A stretch of DNA of 63,727 nucleotides, filler included, from Octopus bimaculoides (GCF_001194135.2; 5 parts of 5 records of this genome joined end to end with filler, not necessarily neighbours in it); one strand, 5' to 3'; counted from the whole stretch's first letter, positions 12,205 through 23,235 are shown. The notes: a model not told the origin generated them from the sequence alone. Numbers and translations are program-made.

Positions 12205-12248
12205 NNNNNNNNNNNNNNNNNNNNNNNNNNNNNNNNNNNNNNNNNNNN

Positions 12249-12344
<96 letters not shown>

Positions 12345-12420
12345 AATAATAATAATAATAATAATAATTTTAATAATAATAATAATAATTTTAATAATAA
12401 TAAATAATTATAATAATAAT
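12249..12420. repeat. (AAC)n(AAT)n microsatellite
   Basis: Seen directly. Confidence 0.98.
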
Positions 12421-12921
12421 TGAAAGACTTCAGACAAAAATCATGCCTCCTCATTGATATGACTGTCCCAATCAATATAAACGTATCTGTCAAGACCTAC
12501 CGAAAACTGAGCAAGTATAAATAAAGATCTTGAAATAAAAATTAGCAAAATGTGGAACCTGCAGACTAAAACAATACCTGTTGTCATAATGACCTAGGAA
12601 TGATAGCAAAAGGGGCTGATTGCTACCTAGCTCAGATACCAGGAAACTCCCAAATGGCAGAAATTCAAAAGATAGTGCTCTTGGGAACTGCCCATATCCT
12701 ACGCAAAATACTTTCTATGTAATCTCAAATTTTAAAACAAACACATAATTTTCTTATGGTTTCTTAAACATTCTCTAGAACAACACTATGTACAAAACCA
12801 AATATATGGCACCCTAGGCATAACACCAACATGAACTTCTAACTTGTTGTCTCTTGAGGTCTCTGGGTGAGACTTGGAGCCAACTTGTACAAATGTAAAG
12901 CAAAAATCAAACATAAAATAA
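12419..12921 (+). mobile_element. 5'-truncated R4/Dong-like (restriction-like endonuclease) LINE 3' end
   Basis: KDFRQKSCLLIDMTVP...KLSKY..DLEIKISKMWNLQTKTIPVVI..LGMIAKG...EIQKIVLLGTAHILRKILSM*, then the 3' UTR. Inserted next to (AAT)n. Confidence 0.8.
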
Positions 12922-12922
12922 C

Positions 12923-13122
12923 AATCCTTTCTACTGGAGGTACAATGCCTGTAATTTTAGGGGGAAGGGACTCGTCGTTTACATTGACCCTAGTAAGTGA
13001 CTGGTACTTTTTTCTGTCGACCTCGCAATAATGAAAAGTGAAAACAACCTCGACGTAATTTGAACTTAGAACCTAAAGAGATGCGTCTAAGCATTTTCCC
13101 CGCCGCGCTAAAGATTCCTCCA
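12923..13122 (-). mobile_element. Family C SINE (old)
   Basis: Degenerate match to the family C core. Confidence 0.6.
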
Positions 13123-13176
13123 TTTCTCTGCGTTTGTTGAAATTGTAAAATATATATAAAACACGTATCATTTCAG

Positions 13177-13313
13177 GTCTTACAAGAAGTATGTGAATTG
13201 TCTGACCGAAGGCATTGGTAAATCCGACGAGGAGCAAGACATGTTCCTCAATTTACTTTATCAAAACGAATCGATGCACATCTCATACGCGGGAATCTGC
13301 CATGACGTAAACG
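13177..13313 (+). CDS. Internal exon A of an uncharacterised Cys-rich, probably GPI-anchored/secreted protein
   Basis: Acceptor atcatttcAG (13175-76), donor aacg|GTAAGA (13314). Open frame xSYKKYVNCLTEGIGKSDEEQDMFLNLLYQNESMHISYAGICHDVN. Phase 2 in, phase 1 out, which matches exon B. Confidence 0.75.
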
Positions 13314-13359
13314 GTAAGAAGTCTCCTAAGTCTGCATTGCAGCATATTATTGTTGTTGT

Positions 13360-13750
13360 GTGGAGGCGCAATGGCCCAGTGGTTAGGGCAGCGGACTCGC
13401 GGTCGTAGGATCGCGGTTTTCGATTCCCAGACCGGGCGTTGTGAGTGTTTATTGAGCGAAAACACCTAAAGCTCCACGAGGCTCCGGCAGGGGATGGTGG
13501 CGAACCCTGCTGTACTCTTCCACCACAACATTCTCTCACTCTTACTTCCTGTTTCTGTTGTGCCTGTAATTCAAAGGGTTGGCTTTGTCACACTGTGTCA
13601 CGCTGAACATCCCCGAGAACTACGTTAAGGTTACACGTGTCCGTGGAGTGCTCAGCCACTTGCACGTTAATTTCACGAGCAGGCTGTTCCGTTGATCGGA
13701 TCAACTGGAACCCTCGACGTCGTAAGCGACGGAGTGCCATACATACATAC
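13360..13750 (+). mobile_element. Full-length family B SINE with a 14-bp TSD, in the intron after exon A
   Basis: TSD ATTATTGTTGTTGT at 13346-13359 and 13751-13764, with an (ACAT)n tail. Confidence 0.92.
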
Positions 13751-14019
13751 ATTATTGTTGTTGTACGCTTGATCGCGTACATATTTAATCCTAACACTCG
13801 CAAATTTATAACTAGGAGTACCACACTGAGGAGAACAATAGGTAAATATAATTTACTTTAAATTCGAAACGCATCAGTCGTTAACATCGAAGTCGTGTGG
13901 ATTCATCATTTTTCTGTTTGCTTACATAGAAAGGTATGTGATTGTCTCGGAGATTTTTTATTGTAGTTGAAAATACATTAGCGTCTATTTCTAATTCAGT
14001 ACGTGGCGAGGCAGTTTTC

Positions 14020-14178
14020 GAGGCAGCTTCTTTCAGTTTTCGTTTACCAAATTCACTCATAAGGCTTTGGTCGACCCGACTATATAGTAGGAGACACCTG
14101 CCCAAGGTGGTGCGCTGTCGGCACTGAAACCGGTATCACGTAGCCACAAGAGCGAATTCCTCAAACAAGCAAGCCATA
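14020..14178 (-). mobile_element. Partial, old family A SINE
   Basis: cttctttcagttttcgtttaccaaattcactcataaggctttggtcg matches family A. Confidence 0.75.
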
Positions 14179-14298
14179 CCCGCTTGCATCAATAAGCAAT
14201 GTCGGTATTAAGTAATGCTGAACGTTTTGTTTTTGCTTCCACGGCTGTGTTGTAAATGTATTCACACCCGTTTAACTACTTTCTTATTTTCCGAGCAG

Positions 14299-14452
14299 AT
14301 CTTATAAAAGGTACCCAATGCTTGGCGATAACCGAAGAGTTGAAAGTATGCTATAATAATTTCGCCAGGTCACTTTCAATGATAACGGAGAAATTTGAAG
14401 CGCCTCTACCTGATCATCCGGCTAGCGGTACCCTGAAAGCGTCAGCCTGCAA
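14299..14452 (+). CDS. Internal exon B of the same Cys-rich protein
   Basis: Acceptor ttcttattttccgagcAG, donor gcaa|GTAAGT. Encodes (D)LIKGTQCLAITEELKVCYNNFARSLSMITEKFEAPLPDHPASGTLKASAC. Phase 1 in, phase 2 out, which matches exons A and C. Confidence 0.8.
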
Positions 14453-14506
14453 GTAAGTATAGAAGGCTAAAAATATATGAGACAATTTTGAGGACCTTAT
14501 GTATAT

Positions 14507-14551
<45 letters not shown>

Positions 14552-14641
14552 NNNNNNNNNNTACCAGTTGCGTACTGGGGTCGATCTAATCGACTGGTCC
14601 CCACCCCCAAAATTTTCGGGCCATGTGCCTAGAGTAGAAAA

Positions 14642-14677
<36 letters not shown>

Positions 14678-14684
14678 CTACACA

Positions 14685-14800
14685 CGTACTGTTGGTGATT
14701 TCTTTTCCTTCTTTAGACTTTTTCCTTCTCTCGTTTCCGACGAAGAGCTACGGTCGTAACGTCAAACTCTTTCTTTTTACCGACCGTCAAGCTAATACTT
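14685..14800 (+). repeat. Short repeat carrying a degenerate hammerhead-like motif; second copy at 57580-57680
   Basis: Both copies share tgttggYgatttcttttcct...gaagag...tcgtaacgtcaaactctttctttttaccga. Confidence 0.7.
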
Positions 14801-14864
14801 TCTTTATGCACGTCCGCTTGTCGTCCGTTAATTTGATTCGTTTATTTGAATCGACTATATACAT

Positions 14865-14918
<54 letters not shown>

Positions 14919-15389
14919 CAATAAGAAAATGGAGGGGATCAATAGGTGGTATTCATCAACTTCTAGACATTATATTATGTCAATTTACTTATTTAGTAAA
15001 ACGACAATTATAACAATATACATACATGTATAACATATTATGCTTTACATATATAATATATAAAATATAAAAATATCAGTAATTATTAAAACATATAACA
15101 TAGAGCAATAGAAATTGGGATAATATCTTACAGCTATTTCAGCCAAGAGGCAATAATACCTCATTCTACTTTTATCCCTCCAGTGGACTGAAGTAATTAG
15201 TAGATGAAATTGAGGTACTTGGGTGTTTCTCTAGGCTTCGTCAGAGGTTTTAGAAAGTATATATAGTTAAGTTATCGTTAAGTTTATCGATCGGTGCGGG
15301 GTATAGCCCAGACTATACTCCCTCCAGACAACCAGGCCAGAATATACCCCTGCCAAGACTATACCCCAGGCTTGCGGACAAATAACACA

Positions 15390-15600
15390 GATGTACCTCA
15401 CTTATAAAAGTTGCCTCTTTAGCCTGCTGGGCTTCAGCGAAGAAGCTGCCAATACCTCAGAGCACAGAACACACTGTGGTCTTTCTACTCGACCAGTAAG
15501 CACAGTGAAACCGAGGCTCAAATATGACTCGTCGTATCTCCTTTTCTTTGTTAAAGACGTTCTACAAATAAATATAATAACAATATGCAAACGTTGTGCA
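15390..15600 (-). mobile_element. hAT (Buster/Charlie-type) transposase N-terminal BED-finger fragment
   Basis: KKRRYDESYLSLGFT...RPQCVLCSEVLAASSLKPSRLKRQL. Confidence 0.8.
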
Positions 15601-15890
15601 GACGGAAGGGCCGCCCCAGGCGACACACACTCTTGCTACGCTAGTATGTGTGTAAGGTATAGAATTGCCTTTGGTACAGAACAGGATGGTAATGCAGTGC
15701 TTATTTACAAAAAGAGAGATTTGGTTTCTACTTTTAGCATGCAGCGGGATCTCATACAGTCTCTTGGCAGTTTATAGCTCCACTTACTCTTCACTTTCTT
15801 TCATTTTTTTTTTTTTTGTTTCACTTGTGTAAACATGTTTGTTTATTATTTCTTAAATATCTTTTTTTTTCTTCTTTGCTTCCGCTCTAG

Positions 15891-16137
15891 CGTGACCGTT
15901 ACAAGATACAAATGCGAACTCGCCATCTACAGGCGCTGCAGCAAGAGAGTTGGGCAAATTATGATGAACTTCTTGGTCGGAGCATTGCCCAGTCGCTGCC
16001 AGATTCAAATGGGAGTGACATCCGAGTACACTGCCATGTATGGAAGCAATATCAGTAGAGTTACTTCCAGTTGGCCCGTGGTGTTCTTGTGTGTTTTACT
16101 CACTCTAAATTCCTCATTCTTCCAAACATTGCAATAA
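15891..16137 (+). CDS. Terminal exon C of the Cys-rich protein, with a hydrophobic GPI-signal-like tail
   Basis: Long polypyrimidine acceptor ending ctctAG (15889-90). Encodes (N)VTVTRYKCELAIYRRCSKRVGQIMMNFLVGALPSRC...SSWPVVFLCVLLTLNSSFFQTLQ*. AATAAA at 16133-16138. Confidence 0.8.
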
Positions 16138-16293
16138 AGTATTTGTATTGTTCTTCGCAGCTTCTGTTTTGTTGTTGTTGTTATCGATGGTGGTTGTAGC
16201 GGTGGTGGTGGTAGTGGTAGTGGTGATGGTGGTTGTGGTGGTGATAATGGTTCTCGTAGTGGTGGTGGTGGTTGTTGTGGTCGTTGTTGTGGG

Positions 16294-16470
16294 GGAGGTG
16301 GGGATGAAGTCGATTACATCGACCCCAGTGTTTCTCTGGCACTTGGTTTATCGACCCTCCCGAGAAGATGAGAGGCAAAGTCAACCACGGCGGAATTTGA
16401 ACTCAGAACGTAGCGGCAAACGAAATACAGCTTAGCATTTCGTCCGGCTCTACCAGCTCCTCGCCGCCTT
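16294..16470 (-). mobile_element. Family C SINE
   Basis: tcgattacatcgaccccagtg...gcggaatttgaactcagaacgtagc. Confidence 0.75.
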
Positions 16471-16759
16471 GTAGCACGTGATAATTGAAGTGAAAATGTC
16501 ATGTCTACTTTCCGCCCTTTTCATTAATCTATTAAGCCATAAAATGTCGCTTTTGTCACGTCACTAGGTAATAATTGATTTATAGCTGTCTCTTCAGTGT
16601 TTAGTACGCTTTAGTACAAGATAGTACTAAAACAGTGGGTTGGGAGCGGGTGAGAGTTTTAATGGAACAGCAACCTGCCAGAAATAGAATCTGTCTGTCT
16701 GTCTGTCTGTACATCAGTCACTGTTCCAATCACTATCTATCTATCTATCTATCTATCTG

Positions 16760-17335
16760 CATGGAAGAGCCTTTTCGAAGGATGGTTTACAAAACATCTT
16801 GTGTTCTGCTGTAGAAAAGTACAGTCTTAGACGTAATAGTTCCAACAATCTTTTCTCCCCGCCCAGTTCAGCTAGATGAGTTTTGTGATAATGTAAGAAT
16901 AGAATATATCCCCAAGAACATAAGGTTTTTACTCCAAACAATGGATCAAGGTGTAGCAGCTAATTTCAAGGCATATCCGGGAAAAAAATTTTCCAAACAA
17001 CTTATAAAAGCAATTGAAGGGGAGATAAATCTACAATTAAAGACTTTTAGAATAAGTTTAGCATAATGAATGTTGTGGGTAACATAGCTAAGTCATGAGA
17101 TGAAGTAAAAGTCTAAGCTTTGAATGGTGTTTAGAAAAATATATAGTCAAGCTGTATACGTGAGCTTACAAGTTTTTCATAAAGCGGACATCTGCGTCAA
17201 ATCTGGAAAGCTATTTTGACACTTGCAAACGTAAGGTCTGAAGATGTCATGGAGGATGACGTGGTCGAACCGCTAGCGTTTCATAGAACAAAAGTTTAAG
17301 TAACGAGGAGCTGATGCTGTTAGGACAAAGTAAGC
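16760..17335 (+). mobile_element. Decayed Tigger/pogo DDE transposase
   Basis: LFEGWFTKH...IEYIPKN..FLLQTMDQGVAANFKAY...LNGV*K...EDDV...SNEELM. Confidence 0.8.
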
Positions 17336-18781
17336 TGGGAAGACATGAAAATACAGAAATACGGGAATATAACATAAAAAGTACAAGAGACAGCATGGCC
17401 GCAGCTCTAAGCTGAAATTATAAACAATAAACTGAGTTCAGTTCGTAGACCGAGAGGATTGCACCATAACCCTCAAATATTTTTGAATAAGGTTCTCAGT
17501 GTGATTGTGAAGTAGCCAGTGAATAAATCGTCACTAAACGTTTGCATTCTTTATATCTAAACATGGATGCCTTGTTACCGCACCGAGTACAATGTAATTA
17601 GCTTTGTGAGAACCTCTCATATAGGCGTTTGGTGCATAGAAGCATGCATAGATACTAGCAGACGAATTTCGTCTGTAAGCTTTTATACATTAAGCGCCTA
17701 CAGGAGTGGGTTTCTCAGAGCTCTAATAACGCAGTATTCGGTGTTATAACTAAGCTTCCATGTTCAGTTGGATATAAAAATTATCTTTTGATATTAATAC
17801 TACTTAATATCAAAATCATCCTCAAATCTGAAACATGGTATGAAATTCGTTAAGAGAATATTCCTCATTTGATCAGTAGCATGACTAATAGAGACCTTGC
17901 ACTGAAAAATGTAAAGGGCATGTCTACTAAATATTAGATATTCACGTTATAATAATTAGTAAATAATCTGAATGTATAATTTCAGATTTAAATAAATGTT
18001 AACGATTATAATGGTGTCTATTTACTCCTGTCATGTCTGTGTACTTGCACACAATTTACTTAGAATAACAATATCCTTTGTGTGAACAAAATAAATTTGA
18101 ACAAATATTATTGTCAAGAAATGTTTTACTATTTTCCATTGTATGTAAATTTTTTAAGTATTCGTATGAAATAAGCACAAATTTGTTAGAAACGGTATTT
18201 TTATGGTTTTTGAGACAAAGCGAGGGTATCCTGTAGCTCACAAAGTTGAAAAAAACTGGGGCCATTTTGGGATTCAAAGACCAAAAGTTAGACAAAAGTA
18301 AGTGTTAGATCTAACTCAAGGAAAATTGTGTTCCTCAAAGTTAACAATTCTAAGATTGGAGGATAAGAGCAGAAAAAAAATGCTTAATTGTTCTTTGAAG
18401 AAGGCAAATACACTTGGATGCACACTCACTAAGCTACCACAACTGCTTCCGTGCTACGAAATATAATAAAATCAAATTCAAATTTAACTTTACACTATAT
18501 GCCGTCTCATACGGGGGAATGCAAGTGTAAAAAGAACAGGTCGATGATCACTCGGCGGCCAACATTAATACGAGCTGAAGACAGTTAACAGTGGAACAGA
18601 TGTTGAAGAGTAACAACCGGTCTCAACCGGTTTCAACCGGTAGAGGAAGCTTGCTTCTCAATGCATTGAATACCTAAGTTTAAATCTAATTCTTTCTATT
18701 AAATATTATCTATTCCCTATACGTAATGCATCTTTAATTTCTTTATTAAATATAGCTATTCTTTTTAATAAAGTTGTATTT

Positions 18782-18885
18782 ACATGCTCATATATTTACA
18801 TTATTTACATTTAACGTAGTGGTTAAGAGCGCGGGCTACTAACCACCAGCTTCCGAATTCGATTCCAGGCAGTGACCTGAATAAT
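18782..18885 (+). mobile_element. Short family D copy with an inverted 5' leader
   Basis: Same leader and tRNA head as 19936-20030. Confidence 0.75.
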
Positions 18886-19602
18886 ATTAAAAAAAAAAAA
18901 ACCATGGTGATTTTTATATATGATTGAATGTTTGAGGGCTGGTGTTGTATGTAAAGTTGTTGACCCAAATTTAATGTTTGTTCTATAATTAATGCTTCCT
19001 TATCTTCGTCTCATTTTATATTCGAGCACTTCTTATGCAGTCCTACAAACACTTTTGTTTCTGTAAAAGGAGACAAATATTATTTCTTACTGTCTCCTTA
19101 TATTTTACTTACATAAAGGTTGAATCGCAATTTAAGTACAAGGAAACGAAGGAAAGAAGGGGGAGGTGAGGGAATACGCCCTGAATTCAAATTCCCGTTT
19201 CAGGGGTCGATCAAATAAGTACCAGTTGAACACTGGGGGTCAATTTAATCGACTTAAGCCCCCTTCACCAAAATTGCTGCCCTTGTGGCAAAATTTGAAA
19301 CATATATTAAATGTTTCAGTTTCTAACATTTAATATGTTGTTGAATATCAAAATATTTTCAATGACTTCATAAAAGAAAAGAAACAAATAAAGAAGAAAA
19401 AAAGAGAAAAAAGGAAAGAAAAAGAAAGAAAGAAAAAGCACTATTATTTATAGCATCGTAATATTATGACTTCCTATTTCATGTTCGGTTGGCCTCAATA
19501 TGTAAAGCATCATGTTATAACCCGAAACCGATCTAACGTTGAGGAAATATTTGAATCAAATTTAAAAGTGCTGAATTTCTTTTTGGCTTTGCTTAGCTGA
19601 AA

Positions 19603-19631
19603 ATGAACAAACTAAACTCCATTATAACGAG
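19603..19631 (+). CDS. GAL3ST: Probable first coding micro-exon of the GAL3ST-family gene (MNKLNSIIT-R); whole exon 19597-19631
   Basis: Acceptor tttctttttggctttgcttAG (19595-96), ATG at 19603, strong donor gag|GTAAGT. Phase 2 matches the next exon. Confidence 0.6.
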
Positions 19632-19935
19632 GTAAGTGTTTGTAGCATTTATAATTATTGTTGATTATTTGTTAATATTTGTTAATATTATCTTTAATTT
19701 AGAAATGAAAACGAATTTTAAATTGCCAATCACTTTAATATTTTCCTCATTGGGTTTATGTGTGCGTGAGTGTACGTATGCCATTATTTCAATTTATTTC
19801 AAGATTTCTTGCTAATAGAAAAAAAACATTTTCTAACCTAGATCCAACATCAACAACAGGGTATGTATGTATGTATGTATGTGCAGATTTGCATGTTTTA
19901 TGTATTTATTCTCATACATATAATTACAAATCTAG

Positions 19936-20029
19936 ACATGCTCATATATTTACATCATTTACATTTGACGCAGCGGTTAAGAGTGCGGGCTACTAACCAC
20001 AAGATTCCGAATTCGATTCCAGTCAGTGA

Positions 20030-20083
<54 letters not shown>

Positions 20084-20262
20084 CAAAATCGAAAAATACC
20101 TTAGGAATGAGAGAACCCAGGTTCGAAATTTCTCCAAGACACGTAATGAAGGCTGGAAGGTATATCAACCGAAACATTGTGTTAACAACAAACAAGATGA
20201 GGATAAATATCTGTCAAATGTAAATAATGTACATAATTCCTCATCTCTTAAGTATAGAACTG
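19936..20262 (+). mobile_element. Family D composite element: tRNA head, (AAT)n and a hammerhead-like 3' module
   Basis: A/B-box head at 19968-20035 and an AAT tract. The body aaataccttaggaatgaga matches the reverse of 11900-11930. Hammerhead-like fold at 20138-20183. Confidence 0.75.
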
Positions 20263-20282
20263 TATTATACCCATATATATTT

Positions 20283-20505
20283 AAATGATGAACTTCTGCA
20301 AAGTTCTACAAATTTTTATACTTCCAGTGATAGATTGGATCTGTAGTCTTCGAATTAGCTTTCTCTTTTCTGGTTTTGAGAAGTCTAATTTCTCAAGATT
20401 GGTATTTAGGCAGTGTGTTACATATCCCAGGGCCCCAATAATTACAGGTATAAACCTGAACTTGTAATCTGGATAGAGTAATTGCAGATTTCTCAATAGT
20501 TCAGC
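20283..20505 (-). mobile_element. RLE-type (R4/Dong-like) LINE ORF C-terminus
   Basis: LRNLQLLYPDYKFRFIPVIIGALGYVTHCL...LQIQSITGSIKICRTLQKFII*. Confidence 0.7.
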
Positions 20506-21371
20506 GTAGGTGTTCTCTCTCTCCCCTCTGTGTGTGTGNNNNNNNNNNNNNNNNNNNNNNNNNNNNNNNNNNNNNNNNNNNNNNNNNNNNNNNNNNNNNN
20601 NNNNNNNNNNNNNNNNNNNNNNNNNNNNNNNNNNNNNNNNNNNNNNNNNNNNNNNNNNNNNNNNNNNNNNNNNNNNNNNNNNNNNNNNNNNNNNNNNNNN
20701 NNNNNNNNNNNNNNNNNNNNNNNNNNNNNNNNNNNNNNNNNNNNNNNNNNNNNNNNNNNNNNNNNNNNNNNNNNNNNNNNNNNNNNNNNNNNNNNNNNNN
20801 NNNNNNNNNNNNNNNNNNNNNNNNNNNNNNNNNNNNNNNNNNNNNNNNNNNNNNNNNNNNNNNNNNNNNNNNNNNNNNNNNNNNNNNNNNNNNNNNNNNN
20901 NNNNNNNNNNNNNNNNNNNNNNNNNNNNNNNNNNNNNNNNNNNNNNNNNNNNNNNNNNNNNNNNNNNNNNNNNNNNNNNNNNNNNNNNNNNNNNNNNNNN
21001 NNNNNNNNNNNNNNNNNNNNNNNNNNNNNNNNNNNNNNNNNNNNNNNNNNNNNNNNNNNNNNNNNNNNNNNNNNNNNNNNNNNNNNNNNNNNNNNNNNNN
21101 NNNNNNNNNNNNNNNNNNNNNNNNNNNNNNNNNNNNNNNNNNNNNNNNNNNNNNNNNNNNNNNNNNNNNNNNNNNNNNNNNNNNNNNNNNNNNNNNNNNN
21201 NNNNNNNNNNNNNNNNNNNNNNNNNNNNNNNNNNNNNNNNNNNNNNNNNNNNNNNNNNNNNNNNNNNNNNNNNNNNNNNNNNNNNNNNNNNNNNNNNNNN
21301 NNNNNNNNNNNNNNNNNNNNNNNNNNNNNNNNNNNNNNNNNNNNNNNNNNNNNNNCAAACAAATTTATTTT

Positions 21372-21759
21372 AATATGGGCTAGGACTGCCTTTCACAGTA
21401 ATTACAGCTTGAATTCTACGAGGTATGGACTCGTACAAAATTTGAATTGTTTCCAAAGGAATTTTTGTCCATTCTTCTACTAAAACAGTCTCCAGTTCTT
21501 GTAGTGATGATGGTGGAGGATATTGACTCCTTATTTGTTTTTCTAAAATGCACCATAAATGTTCAATAATATTGAGATCTGGGGACTGTGGTGGCTAGAT
21601 AAGATGTTCAACTTCACTAGAATGTTCCTTGTGCCATTCAGTAACAACTTTAGCTGTGTGAATTGGTGCATTGTCATCCTGAAAGATTGCGTTTCTCTCC
21701 AGAAACAAATTCATCCTATGGATGCGGAACTGTTTCTGGAGGGAAACGCAATCTTTCAG
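21372..21759 (-). mobile_element. Tc1-family transposase C-terminal fragment with a terminal fold-back
   Basis: Minus strand: NAIFQDDNAPIHTAKVV...PPQSPDLNIIEHLW...PPSSLQELE...IPRRIQAVITVKGSPSPY*. Confidence 0.9.
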
Positions 21760-21981
21760 TGATTTCGAGTCAATATTGTGCTAAGTAACAATAGTTAGTT
21801 TTACTACTGCTTCGGTTGAGTTTTACGTGTTACTAGGTCAAACAACAATAACAACAGCACAAACATATGAACATCCACTACAACAATAAAAAACAACAGA
21901 ATGTTTATTATGCCAAATCCCCTCACCTCGATGAAATAATTTCAAGTCTTAATATTTATAATTCACAATTCTTTGTTACAG

Positions 21982-22144
21982 AGTTCCACCGCTAAGAAAG
22001 AAACTACAATATCAGTTTCTGTTATTGATTTTGTTCTGTCTTATGCTTGTTCTTATACTCTCCAATAATACGACATTGTTCCATAGCGACCAGCCTCATA
22101 AAGAAATGCATTGCTTCCCACAAGAATATATAATATTTATTAAG
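21982..22144 (+). CDS. GAL3ST: GAL3ST-family exon 2: type II transmembrane anchor and stem
   Basis: Acceptor tctttgttacAG, donor aag|GTTTGT. Encodes VPPLRKKLQYQFLLLILFCLMLVLILSNNTTLFHSDQPHKEMHCFPQEYIIFIK. Its phase-0 end joins VHKAGSTT to give C-x-P-x3-IIFIKVHK, matching the family motif CxPxxNIVFLKTHK. Confidence 0.9.
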
Positions 22145-23059
22145 GTTTGTATAAAAAAACCCATCTAGCCTTACTTACTTTTCGTAGCCAACATGCAATC
22201 ACACAGCTAAATAATATTTTACTTAACCTAGTCAGCCCTTTACACTCATTCAACCAATTTTCCGACAATGCTACATTCCGTAAAGTTTCGGAGTATTGCA
22301 TTAAAGTCTTATTCTCTGGAAAAACAAAAAGATATATAAGATAATGAAACCTACAAACTTATATTCGAAACTAAACGAAGGATATAATCTGCTTTTGCCC
22401 ACATTTTTATAGAAAGAAGCTTTCCATATCTGTGGCTAAAATACATATTAAAATGCTTCAAAAACACTTCATTACAAAATATTTTAATTAGAATTCTATA
22501 AAAGTTTCTTATTCAACTACAACATTCATTTTTCGCAATCTCTAACAAGTAAGAATCAAATTTGCATCAGCATACGCCCAACATATTACTACACAATTGT
22601 AAATGCATCTCCGAATGTATTGTTTACTACTCAACATTAAACAAATTCATATGCATATTTAACTGCTGATTCTTTTGAGACAACGTATATATAACACAAA
22701 CACACCTTCTGAAACCAACTTAGACGTACCGAAACTATCTTGTCCGATTATATGCTTTTGTTTTTTTTTTAAATAAGGAGATAAATTATAGCATTAATGA
22801 AAATTAATTTGCTTCCCATACCATACAAAAATTAAGACACGCTCTGTTCGCTTTGTACATTCGAGGTATATATGAGATATTGTCCTCAAATTTTTTCCCT
22901 CTTCAATAGAAACTTTGAAAGAAACTTTAGTTGTTTTCATAGATGCCCATGAATGCTAAAACATTTAAAACCTTTTATAAAATAATCACATGGTGATGTA
23001 GTTATGTCCTTGAATAAGACTTTTATTTCACATTGCTCCAGTCCACTCAGCAATGATTT

Positions 23060-23235
23060 ATACTTGTAATTCAAAGGGTCAGCCTGGTTCCATTCTGTGT
23101 CAGGTGGAATCTCCTTAAGAACTATGTTAAGGACACGCGTGTCTGTGGATTGCTCAGCCACTTGTATGTTAATTTCACGAGCAGGCTGTTCCGTTGGTCG
23201 GATCAACTGAAGCAATAGTCGTCGTAACTGACAGA
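23060..23235 (+). mobile_element. Old 3' fragment of a family B SINE
   Basis: gtaattcaaagggtcagcc...tgctcagccacttg...caggctgttccgttg. Confidence 0.8.

Noticed and set aside
18605-18642. Three tandem caaccggt units
   Set aside because: A short tandem repeat with no CRISPR-like spacers or other context; there is no CRISPR array in this window.
21356-21422. Possible GAL3ST exon ending at acgag|GTATGG
   Set aside because: It is the antisense of the Tc1 transposase C-terminus.
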